Shown piece after piece: positions 55,914-64,000 of a stretch of DNA of 64,000 nucleotides. Position 1 is the stretch's first letter. The number at the start of each line of letters is the position of its first letter. Source of the DNA: Thermoplasmata archaeon. GTDB lineage: Archaea; Thermoplasmatota; Thermoplasmata; Lutacidiplasmatales; UBA184. Both the position numbers and the translations under genes were made by a program. The notes under the pieces were generated by a model. That model had not been told where the DNA came from. It made no database searches and was given only the letters and a program-made list of their open reading frames with translations. The stretch spans positions 2,754-66,753 of the forward strand of contig JAKIVT010000002.1 in NCBI GenBank assembly GCA_022750415.1, read 5' to 3'.

Positions 55914-56875
55914 TCGGACGACCGGGGGCTCTTCGGCGAGGCCGGATCCCCTTCCGTCACCCAGCGACGCCATAGGTAGAGCGTCGCGTAGCTCCCCCAC
56001 CCGGGGTAGTGGGCGTCCCCCCAGGCGCGGACCTCGTCTTCCTCCGCCGAGGAGGGCACGCCTCCGTACGCGATGAGCGCGGTCCGAACACCGAGGTCCC
56101 CGGCGACGAAGACATCGGGACGCCCAAGACCGCGGAGGACCGCGTTCTCGGCGGTCCACCTCCCGACCCCTGGCGCGGTGTCCAACCGCTCGACGATGGC
56201 CGCCGTCGCGAGCGGCTCGAGGGTTTCCGTCGCCCACATTCCCGCGTCCTCCGAGTCGGCCAGGGCGAGGAGGCTGCGCGCTTTCGCTCCGCTGGCACCG
56301 TGCGTCCGGAGTCCGTCGGTCCCCAGCGCCCGCAGCTCGGCCGGCGAAGGGACGCGGGGGACCGACACGCCGTCGACCTCGAGGTACGCGCCCGCGGCGT
56401 CGATCAGCCTCTGCTTGATCGCGTTCGCCGATTGGACGGAGACCTGCTGGCCGAGGATCGAGTGGAACAACGCCTCGTAGACGCTCGCGTCCCGGGGGAG
56501 CCGGAGTCCCCGGAACTTCCGCTCCGTCCCCCCGAGGACAGGCTCGCGCCGCGTCATCCGGTAGAACCGCTCGATCGGATGGTCGAGGGAGAACAGCGAG
56601 CGGAGCGCGGCACGGGCCTCCCGCGGCCCGGGACCGTACGCCGTCGCCGTCCACGTCGGCCCGTTCGGCTGCACAGCGAGGACCCAGGAGCGGCCCGGCG
56701 CCCCCCAGACCCGCAACACCCGCTCCCCGTCGGACGCGAACACCAGCGACCGGCTCGAGTACTCGAGCTGGTCCCGGGACTGGGGAAACGAGCTCAGCTT
56801 CGGGACCTCGACCTCGACGGTCGCCGTAGGGTGCCGCGTCGGCCCCGGGTCGCCCGATCCTCCCCCTCGTCTCAT
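55910..56875 (-). CDS. alkA: DNA-3-methyladenine glycosylase II (AlkA; HhH-GPD superfamily)
   Basis: AlkA N-terminal domain followed by an HhH-GPD region (ILGQQVSVQSANAIKQRLID... LGRPDVFVAGDLGVR with catalytic Asp). Confidence 0.7.
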   Translation of the reverse strand: MRRGGGSGDPGPTRHPTATVEVEVPKLSSFPQSRDQLEYSSRSLVFASDGERVLRVWGAPGRSWVLAVQPNGPTWTATAYGPGPREARAALRSLFSLDHPIERFYRMTRREPVLGGTERKFRGLRLPRDASVYEALFHSILGQQVSVQSANAIKQRLIDAAGAYLEVDGVSVPRVPSPAELRALGTDGLRTHGASGAKARSLLALADSEDAGMWATETLEPLATAAIVERLDTAPGVGRWTAENAVLRGLGRPDVFVAGDLGVRTALIAYGGVPSSAEEDEVRAWGDAHYPGWGSYATLYLWRRWVTEGDPASPKSPRSSD

Positions 56876-56972
56876 CGTTCACGACCGGACCGACAACGAC
56901 ACGATTAAGCCCCACGCGCCGCCTCGAGCCGGGGCCGCCCTCGGCCACGCGCCGGGAGCGACGGGTGGTGCC

Positions 56973-59756
56973 ATGCCGATCCGCCGACGCTGGGGTGCGG
57001 GGGCGCTCGCCGGACTCCTCGTCCTGGTCGTCGCCCTTTCGATGCTCCCGCTCCCGGCCCCGGAGCACGCCGCTCCATGGCCCTCCGGCGTGGCGACCTC
57101 GGCGCGGGTCGCGAGCAGTTGCGCCGGGGCTCCCCTGTCCCCGTTGCTCAACGGCTCCCTCGGAGTCGAGGGGAACCGGACGCCCCGTCCGATTCCGGGC
57201 AACGCCACGGTGTCGGTCCGTTACCTGTACCAGACGAACCAGTCGTCGAAGTTCGGGACGACCCTCAGTTGCTCGTCCAACACGCTCCAACTCCGTACGA
57301 ACGCCACCGGGGGATTCGCAGTCAACCTCACGCTCCCCGGCACGTCGTGCGGGCCGACAGGGTGCCTCACCTACCTCGGTCCGTTCGGCCCGGTGACGTT
57401 CCGGGTCACGACGGGCCAAGCCCCCGCCTACTTCCTCACCACCCACTGGTCGGGCTCGCTCGTCGCGCTCGACTGGGTGGACGCGCTCGCCTCGGCCACG
57501 ACTACCCCGTCCCAGTTCGCCACCCTCAGCGTGGGCGCAAGGACGACCGTGACCGGGGCCGGGTGGGATGGAGCCGGAGTCCCGTCCACCGCGAACCTGA
57601 CCTACGAATGGAGCCTGGTCGGGACGGGCTGGACCGGGAGCGGCGTGACCAACGCGTCCGACCTCTTCGTGACCGCGGCGATCGGCGCGGGGCCTGGAAC
57701 CATCACGCTCTGGCTCAACGGTTCGTACAACGGGACCGTCCTGGACCTTCCCGCGATCCATCTCTATCTGACCGCGGCGGCGACCACGATTGCGCGCGCG
57801 AGCATGCTCCCGACCGAGCTCGACGTCGGTACCGAGGCGACCGTCACGGTCCACGCGACGGGCGCGTACGGCTACGCCTACTCCGCCAACCTGACCCCGG
57901 GGCTCGGGGTCTCGGCCGAGTCGAGCCGGTGTTCGGTCCTTCCCGCCTCGGGCGGGTTTGCGACCGTCTCCTGCACGCTGCTCGTCGAGTACCCGACCGC
58001 GGGGTCGGCGCAGCCCACGGTCAACGTGACGAACGGATACTCCGCGTCCTCGGACTGGCAGTTTCCCAACGTGGTCGTCTCGAATGCGCTCGCCGTCGAT
58101 GTGGGACCGAGCCCGGCGCAGGCGTACCCGGGCGTGCCGGTCCGCATCGACATCCGCGTCGCTCCGGAGACGGGGACCGCCCCGTTCGGACCGGCGTGCC
58201 TCCTCACGGGGGATGGCCGGTTCGTGTGCGACCTCCATCCGGGCCCGAACTGGACGATTTCCGCTACCTACGCGACCCTCGGCTCCTACCCGGCATTGGT
58301 GACGGTCGCCGACGGATCCGGCACGAACCGCACGGTTTCGGTGCCGGTGGACGTGGTCCCCCGCCCAACGTCGCCGGTGGTCGAGCTCACTCCATCGAGC
58401 GTCGGCCGCAATACCTCCGTGGTCGCGAGCGCGCAGATCTCGGGGGGCGCATTCCCGATGTCGTACTGGTGGAATGCGAGCGGCCCCGAGACCCTCTATT
58501 CCGGCGTCGTCGAGTCGGACGCGATCCCGAGCGTCGCGTTCCAGAGCGCCAGCACGGGGACCAAGGTCGTGACCCTCACGGTCGTCGATGCTCTCGGCAC
58601 CGTGGAATCGGGGAGCGCCACCGTCGTGGTCCTGGGCGGGCCGGCCCGCGCGCTGGAGCTGAGCGCCCCGGCCGCGAATGGGACCGTGGCGGCGGGAACG
58701 CCGGTCGCGATCGCCCTCTGGATGGTGGACGGGTACGGCGAGCGGACTCCCGCCATCCCGGGGTTCGTCACGCTCCACTTCCCCGCCGCCTGCGGCGCCG
58801 TATGGGTCAACACCTCCGGGGGACCGATGGCCCCGGGCGCGAACGGCGACTTCCTCCTCCCCTCGGGGGCCGGGTCGTCCGGAGCCCTCAATCTCACCGT
58901 GGCGGTCAGCCGTTCGGGGACCTGTCCGGTTCAGTTCACTGGCCCGCCGTCGGTCGCGGGGGGCGCCAACGTGACGATCGACGTCGCGTCGGACGCGCAT
59001 CACGTCCTCCTCGTGAGTCCGCGAGAGGCCTCGGCGGGAGGCGGACGGAGCGCGACGCTGTACTCCCTCGTGGACCGGTTCGGTAACCCCCAGACGTCCG
59101 GGTTCGTGGAGGTCCGGTCCGTGTTCCCCGGAGGAGTCAACGAACTCGATTCCCCGGTCCGCTCAGGCCCGTCGGGCGGGTCGGTCTGGGTCAACTTCAC
59201 ATCGACCGGACCGGGACCGGGGACCGGCTACGTGATCAGCGAGTTCAATCAGAGCCTCCTCGGACCCCTCGCGATCCCGGCGCCGCCTACCACGAGCGCG
59301 ATCTCGTCGGCGGAGCTCCTCGGCCTCGGTGCGGTCGGCCTCCTCGCGGTCGTGGTCGGGGTCGCCCTCGTGGCCCGCCGGCGTCGGCCGCTCCCCTCCG
59401 GAACCGGCTCGGACGACCCCGAGGAACCCGACGAACCGCTCCGGCGGCTCGCCGAGGGGCGCTCCCACGTCCTCGCTCGGCTCTCGTACGACCGGGACAC
59501 CGATCTCGACGGGGTCGCGGCCGGGTTTCCGGGCCGAGCTCCGGACGCCGCCGAGCTGGCCGAATGGGTCGGCACGCTCGTGACCGAGGGACTCGTCGCG
59601 CCGATCGTCGGACCCGACGGGCGGCCGCAGTTCCGACTGGCCAACCCGGAGAGCGCCTCCCCAGGCCCTCGGGTCGAGGTCGACCCCCTGGCGCTCGACG
59701 CCGCCCTCGCCCGACGGGACCGGGATGCCGAAGAGCCGGACGGGCCGGTCGGCTAG
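56973..59756 (+). CDS. large cell-surface glycoprotein (signal peptide, Ig/PKD-like repeats, TM anchor, acidic cytoplasmic tail)
   Basis: MPIRRRWGAGALAGLLVLVVALSMLP signal; very many N-x-S/T sequons; TM LLGLGAVGLLAVVVGVALVARRRR; C-terminal DDPEEPDEP tail. Confidence 0.6.
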   Translation: MPIRRRWGAGALAGLLVLVVALSMLPLPAPEHAAPWPSGVATSARVASSCAGAPLSPLLNGSLGVEGNRTPRPIPGNATVSVRYLYQTNQSSKFGTTLSCSSNTLQLRTNATGGFAVNLTLPGTSCGPTGCLTYLGPFGPVTFRVTTGQAPAYFLTTHWSGSLVALDWVDALASATTTPSQFATLSVGARTTVTGAGWDGAGVPSTANLTYEWSLVGTGWTGSGVTNASDLFVTAAIGAGPGTITLWLNGSYNGTVLDLPAIHLYLTAAATTIARASMLPTELDVGTEATVTVHATGAYGYAYSANLTPGLGVSAESSRCSVLPASGGFATVSCTLLVEYPTAGSAQPTVNVTNGYSASSDWQFPNVVVSNALAVDVGPSPAQAYPGVPVRIDIRVAPETGTAPFGPACLLTGDGRFVCDLHPGPNWTISATYATLGSYPALVTVADGSGTNRTVSVPVDVVPRPTSPVVELTPSSVGRNTSVVASAQISGGAFPMSYWWNASGPETLYSGVVESDAIPSVAFQSASTGTKVVTLTVVDALGTVESGSATVVVLGGPARALELSAPAANGTVAAGTPVAIALWMVDGYGERTPAIPGFVTLHFPAACGAVWVNTSGGPMAPGANGDFLLPSGAGSSGALNLTVAVSRSGTCPVQFTGPPSVAGGANVTIDVASDAHHVLLVSPREASAGGGRSATLYSLVDRFGNPQTSGFVEVRSVFPGGVNELDSPVRSGPSGGSVWVNFTSTGPGPGTGYVISEFNQSLLGPLAIPAPPTTSAISSAELLGLGAVGLLAVVVGVALVARRRRPLPSGTGSDDPEEPDEPLRRLAEGRSHVLARLSYDRDTDLDGVAAGFPGRAPDAAELAEWVGTLVTEGLVAPIVGPDGRPQFRLANPESASPGPRVEVDPLALDAALARRDRDAEEPDGPVG

Positions 59757-61046
59757 CTAGGGGTCCCGGCCGACGAGCTCGTAGTACCGGTACGCGGCCT
59801 CGCCGGCGGCGAAGCAGTACTGGATCGTCGTGTGGTCCGCCTTCAGCCGGGCGGCGTCGGCCTTCACGGTCTCGACCGACCGGCCCTTGTGGAGGAGGTC
59901 GTCGAAGAGCTCGGCGATCCGGTCCATGTCGGGCTCGGTCATGCCGACCCTGGTGACCTCGGGGGTCCCGAGCCGGACCCCGCTCGGGTGCTTCGGGCTC
60001 GTATCGCCGGGGAGGAGGTTCTTGTTCGCGATGAGGCCGGCGTCGGCCATCTTCTTCGCCACGGCCTCGCCGCCTCCCTCCTTCGCCATCCGGACCGCAA
60101 TCGTGTGCGAGCGGGTGAACCCGAGGTCGGCGGCGAGAACGTCGAAGCCCCGCTTGTGAAGCCCCTCGGCGAGCGCCTGGGCGTTGCGGACCGTCTGGTG
60201 GGCATAGGCGGCGCCGAAGGCGACCTGCTCGGCCAGGGCGACCGCGAGGGCCGCCATCGTGTGGAGGTGGTGGTTCGATGTGACGCCCGGGAACGCCGCG
60301 GACTCGAGCTTCTTCACCAGGTCCGGGTCCTTGGTTTCGCCGAGGAGGATCCCGTGCTGGGGCCCGGGGAGGGTCTTGTGGGTCGAGGCGGAGATCACGC
60401 TGACCCCCTCCCGCAGCGGGTCCTGGAACTCTCCACCGGCGATGAGACCCAGGACGTGCGCCGCATCGTACCACCCGACGGCCCCGATCTCCTCGAGCGT
60501 GGGCGCGATCTCCTGGAGCGGCATCGGGAACAGGAAGAGAGAAAGGCCGAACAGCGCGAGCTTCGGCCGCGCCTCCTTCAGGACCTTGCAGGTGCCGGCG
60601 GCGTCAATGGTCATCTTCGCCGGGTCCCAAGGATAGTAGACCGGTTTCACGCCGCGAAGCCCGAAGGCGCCGAACGAGGCGCTCGAGATGTGGGCCCCGT
60701 CCGCGAGGCGGGAGGTCCCGACGGGTGCGCCGGGCTCGGCGAGCGCCTTCAGGACGGCGAGGTTGGCGACGGTCCCCGAGATCGGCCGTACGTCGGCGAA
60801 CGAGCAGCGGAACACCCGGCGGGCCAGGTCGAGGCACATCCGCTCGACCTCGTCGACCTGCTCGTTCCCCTCGTAGTACCGCTCGCCCGGCTTCCCCTCG
60901 GCGTACCGCGAGTGGAAGTCCGAGACCATCAGTTCCTTCGCGTACGGGGAGAGGAGGTTCTCGCTCGCGATCAGCGGGATCGCGCTCTCGAACCGGGCCG
61001 AATGGGCCCGGACCGCGTTCCGGAGCGACCGGACGGTGCCGGCCAT
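59757..61046 (-). CDS. glyA: serine hydroxymethyltransferase
   Basis: SHMT motifs (LIASENLLSPYAKE, TTHKTLPGPQHG with the PLP lysine, VTSNHHLH); start at MAGTVRSL, the upstream ORF extension being non-coding-like. Confidence 0.85.
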   Translation of the reverse strand: MAGTVRSLRNAVRAHSARFESAIPLIASENLLSPYAKELMVSDFHSRYAEGKPGERYYEGNEQVDEVERMCLDLARRVFRCSFADVRPISGTVANLAVLKALAEPGAPVGTSRLADGAHISSASFGAFGLRGVKPVYYPWDPAKMTIDAAGTCKVLKEARPKLALFGLSLFLFPMPLQEIAPTLEEIGAVGWYDAAHVLGLIAGGEFQDPLREGVSVISASTHKTLPGPQHGILLGETKDPDLVKKLESAAFPGVTSNHHLHTMAALAVALAEQVAFGAAYAHQTVRNAQALAEGLHKRGFDVLAADLGFTRSHTIAVRMAKEGGGEAVAKKMADAGLIANKNLLPGDTSPKHPSGVRLGTPEVTRVGMTEPDMDRIAELFDDLLHKGRSVETVKADAARLKADHTTIQYCFAAGEAAYRYYELVGRDP

Positions 61047-61215
61047 CTCCTCGGTGGTCGCGTCGCGGCCGCTACCCAGAGACCCCCACCCCTCCGCTAC
61101 CACTGGAGAACCGGAGGGGGAAAGCGTTGCCCGCCGCGAGGCCGAGGCGGGCCTGAAGCGACGGGCCCTCGGCCGGTCCGGCCGATTCCATATACCACTC
61201 GAGTTTGGACCGGGC

Positions 61216-61683
61216 GTGACCGAGAACGGTGGCACGGCGGTACTGGGGAAGGCCTGGCCGGTCCACCGGTCGTTCCCTGTCTTCTACCATCACCTGGACG
61301 TACTCGGTCACCTCAACCACGCCGTTTACTTTCCGTTCATGGAGACGTTGCGTTGCGACTACTACCTCGCGGCGCTCGGCGCGCTGGACCCGGCTCAGCT
61401 CGACATCATCCTCGCTGAAGCGAGCTGCCGCTACCTAACTCCGGCTCACTACGGCATGGAGCTCTTCGGCGAGGTGGCACCGGCGACGCCTCTCGGTCGC
61501 ACGAGCTTCACTCTACTCTACCGGTTCCGGGATTCGAACGAAGGATCGACCGTCTACGCTCGCGGTCGAACCGTCGTCGTCTGCTACGACTACGCCACGA
61601 ACCGGAAGAAGGAAATCCCAACCGACCGGCGCGCCATCCTGGGGCGGGACGCGGTCGACCCCGCCTCGGAAGGGTGGGCCTAG
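61216..61683 (+). CDS. acyl-CoA thioesterase (hotdog fold, 4HBT/YbgC-like)
   Basis: FPVFYHHLDVLGHLNHAVYFPFMETLRCDYY matches the 4HBT catalytic region; GTG start. Confidence 0.6.
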   Translation: MTENGGTAVLGKAWPVHRSFPVFYHHLDVLGHLNHAVYFPFMETLRCDYYLAALGALDPAQLDIILAEASCRYLTPAHYGMELFGEVAPATPLGRTSFTLLYRFRDSNEGSTVYARGRTVVVCYDYATNRKKEIPTDRRAILGRDAVDPASEGWA

Positions 61684-62151
61684 GCCTGGGGAACGGTTCC
61701 AGTGGAACCGGGGGGGTGGGGGTGTCGGAGAACGTGGGCGGACATTGTGCTAGGCCAGCAGGATGGGTGCTCGGAACAACGGTACGTGATTCCCGGCCGC
61801 TCCTCGGCCCCGTCGCCCCACCAGCGTCGACGGGTCACGGTAAGGCTGCTCCCGTCAGGATCTAACCCGGTTCCCGTGATGGATACCCGCTAGGGCGCTC
61901 CTCCGAGCGCTCGTCGCGGGGCCCGCGGCCCGATGGAACAGAGCGTCTGCGGAGACGACCGAGACGTACCACTCCTCCGAACGTCGCTCCTGCCTGTCAC
62001 CCCCGCTGAGGACGGTTTCGGTGTAAAAGGGGACGCCCAACCCCCCGGTCTAGCCTAGCACCGGAACGACCGTTCGACGGTATTTATAGGTGTGTCCTCG
62101 GAATCCTCCGCGCTCCCGCAGGCGTAAATTCGGACGAGCCCTCCCGCGGGC

Positions 62152-64000
62152 GTGTCGGGCTCGGGCCGGCCCGACCGACGCGGGCCCGGTCGCCTTCTCC
62201 TCGTGGCGCTCGCCGCCGGGGCGATCCTGCTGATGCTCGTTCCGACCGGCACGGGGCCGCCCGGGGTCGGTCCCGGTGGGAATGGGGCCGCCGCATCCGG
62301 GGTCGGGTTGGCGGCCCCGTCGGCCCCCAACTCGTTCGGGGGCTGGGTGACGGACGGAGGGTCGGCGAACCGCTCCGGATACACGCCCCTCGGCGGGCCG
62401 CTCTCCGTCGCGACGGGGAACGTGTACTGCCCCTCGAGCTACCCCCTCCGGACCGGGGTCGTGGCGACCGGCCCGCTCGTGTACACCGCCGACGTCTTCG
62501 GCGACGTCTTCGCGATCAACCGGACCCAACTCGACCGCGGCGGCGGCAACGGCACCGTCGTCTGGCGGGCCTCGGTCGGCAACGCGCCCACGACCCCCGA
62601 CGTCAGCTCCGGCTTCCTGGTGATCGGCGACGCCGACGGGGCCGTCACCGCGCTCGACCTTCGCACCGGGGCGGTCCAGTGGGTCCACACGTTCGCGAGC
62701 CCCGTCCTCACCGGGATCGCCGTCGTCAACGGGACGGTCTACCTCGGCACGCTCAACGGAACGGTCGCCGCGATCGCGCTCGCCGGCGGCCGGACGAACT
62801 GGACCGTCTCGGCGGGCGGGCCGCTTTCCGGTGCCGTGGCCGTTTCCGGGAGCCGGGTCTTCGCGGCCACATCGGTCGGCGGCCTGGTCGCCTTTTCGGC
62901 CGGGACCGGGGCCCGACTCTGGAACATTACCACCGGTCGGCTCCTGTCCCCCGGCGTCGGCCCGGCCGTCTACGGGAACCGAGTGGTCCTCGCGGCGAAC
63001 GCCACGGCCGTCGCGTCGTACGCCGCGCAGAACGGTTCGCTCCAATGGCTCTGGAACGGCGCCGGCTTCGCCCCCCGGGACCGGATCGAGGCGGAGCCGA
63101 CCCTCTCCGGAACGACGGTCTTCGTCCAGACCCACGAGGGGAACCTCTACGGGATCAACGCCACGACGGGGATCCTCCGGTGGAACGAGTCGAACCCCCA
63201 GTTCGTCGCGGGGTACCCGGTGTACTCCGCCGCGGCGTCCACCCCCTCCGTCCTCTACGCGTACGACGCGACCCAGCAGCTGAAGGCGATCTCCCTCGCG
63301 ACGGGGCGGGTCCTCTGGCGGGCGACGTTCCTGTCGGTCTCCTACGGCCCCGTCGCGATCGACTCCGGGGAGGCGTTCCTCGCCGACGAGGTCGGTTGCA
63401 TCCGCGTGGTCGGCCGGGCCAACGCCGGCATCCCGTGGTCGGTCCAGGGGACCGTCACCGACCCGAACGGCACGCCGCTCGCGGGGGTCCAGATCTTCAC
63501 CGGCCTCACGACGAACCACACGAACGGCTCGGGCGGATTCTTCCTGACCCTCCCGAACGGCACGTACCACCTCCTGTTCGCGCTCTCCGGCTACGTCGAG
63601 GTCGGGCGGGACCTGACGGTCGTCGGCCCGGTCGCCCCGCTCGTCGTCGTCTTGCCGGTCCTGACGCTGTATCGGCTCTCCGGCACCGTTGAGGACTCGT
63701 ACTCCGGCCACGGCGTCGCGAACGTCGTGGTGTTCGTGTACGGGCCCGACCTGTTCCTGGCGAACATCACGACCGGAACCGACGGCACGTTCGCGCTCCC
63801 GGTCCCCGCGGGCGCCCTCGTCCTCTCGGCCCAGTCGAGTGACGACCACGGCGATGGCCAGCAATCGTTCACCATGCCGGCCGGACCGTTCCACGGTGTC
63901 GTCATCGCCGTCCCGCCGACCGACCTGGCGATCCCCCCGACCGACCCCTACGACCTGTACCTCCTCCTTCCGTTCGCCCTCCTCGGGGCCGTCGGCACGA
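62152..64000 (+). CDS. partial (3'-truncated by window edge) secreted PQQ-like beta-propeller repeat protein with a C-terminal carboxypeptidase-regulatory-like domain
   Basis: Found by manual translation; absent from the supplied ORF track because it has no stop within the window. Signal/anchor LLLVALAAGAILLMLVP; repeated ...GAV.A.DL.TG...W... beta-propeller blades; later GTVTDPNGTPLAGVQIF...NGTYHLLFALSGY (CarbopepD_reg-like). Confidence 0.55.
   Translation, partial: MSGSGRPDRRGPGRLLLVALAAGAILLMLVPTGTGPPGVGPGGNGAAASGVGLAAPSAPNSFGGWVTDGGSANRSGYTPLGGPLSVATGNVYCPSSYPLRTGVVATGPLVYTADVFGDVFAINRTQLDRGGGNGTVVWRASVGNAPTTPDVSSGFLVIGDADGAVTALDLRTGAVQWVHTFASPVLTGIAVVNGTVYLGTLNGTVAAIALAGGRTNWTVSAGGPLSGAVAVSGSRVFAATSVGGLVAFSAGTGARLWNITTGRLLSPGVGPAVYGNRVVLAANATAVASYAAQNGSLQWLWNGAGFAPRDRIEAEPTLSGTTVFVQTHEGNLYGINATTGILRWNESNPQFVAGYPVYSAAASTPSVLYAYDATQQLKAISLATGRVLWRATFLSVSYGPVAIDSGEAFLADEVGCIRVVGRANAGIPWSVQGTVTDPNGTPLAGVQIFTGLTTNHTNGSGGFFLTLPNGTYHLLFALSGYVEVGRDLTVVGPVAPLVVVLPVLTLYRLSGTVEDSYSGHGVANVVVFVYGPDLFLANITTGTDGTFALPVPAGALVLSAQSSDDHGDGQQSFTMPAGPFHGVVIAVPPTDLAIPPTDPYDLYLLLPFALLGAVGT

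Noticed and set aside
62050-63894. 614-aa minus-strand ORF and the 337-aa plus-strand ORF at 62679-63692
   Set aside because: Both are Arg/Asp-rich artefacts; the real gene is a third frame on the plus strand (62152 to beyond 64000) encoding a PQQ-like beta-propeller protein, which is missing from the track because it runs off the window.
1-64000. CRISPR arrays, IS elements, integrases, phage structural genes
   Set aside because: No regularly spaced direct repeats and no transposase, integrase or capsid-like ORFs were found on either strand; the only mobility-like trace is the tRNA-Leu 3'-end duplication.

Overview
Very GC-rich 64-kb chromosomal window that reads as archaeal, probably a non-halophilic euryarchaeon. 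I call about 60 protein genes, two tRNAs (Leu-CAG and Glu-UUC) and several regulatory repeats; I saw no CRISPR array, transposase or integrase. Evidence for archaeal origin: TATA-like boxes ~25 nt upstream of start codons (leaderless-type promoters), tRNA genes without encoded CCA, YVTN/PKD and Kelch-repeat surface proteins dense in N-x-S/T sequons, a DhnA-type class I aldolase, an Lrp-glnA pair, a fused ADP-forming acetyl-CoA synthetase and a MOFRL glycerate kinase. Housekeeping or metabolic genes: glnA, glyA, truA, Fe-alcohol dehydrogenase, a two-gene sarcosine-oxidase/proline-dehydrogenase-like flavoprotein pair, an amidohydrolase, AlkA, ThpR and a solitary beta-class N4/N6 DNA methyltransferase. 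Accessory-like content: five or more very large signal-peptide/TM-anchored surface glycoproteins, two paralogous eqolisin (G1/A4) peptidases, VapBC and MNT-HEPN toxin-antitoxin pairs, three tandem AIM24/TIGR00266 paralogs, and three regulator + 'MTDL...' membrane-protein gene pairs. The 3.4-kb YVTN surface-protein gene beside tRNA-Leu is bracketed by a duplicated tRNA-Leu 3' end and a ~35-nt direct repeat, a possible integration scar. Many of the longest six-frame ORFs are GC-driven antisense artefacts. ORFs that run off the window edge are not in the supplied track; one real partial gene at the 3' end was found by manual translation.
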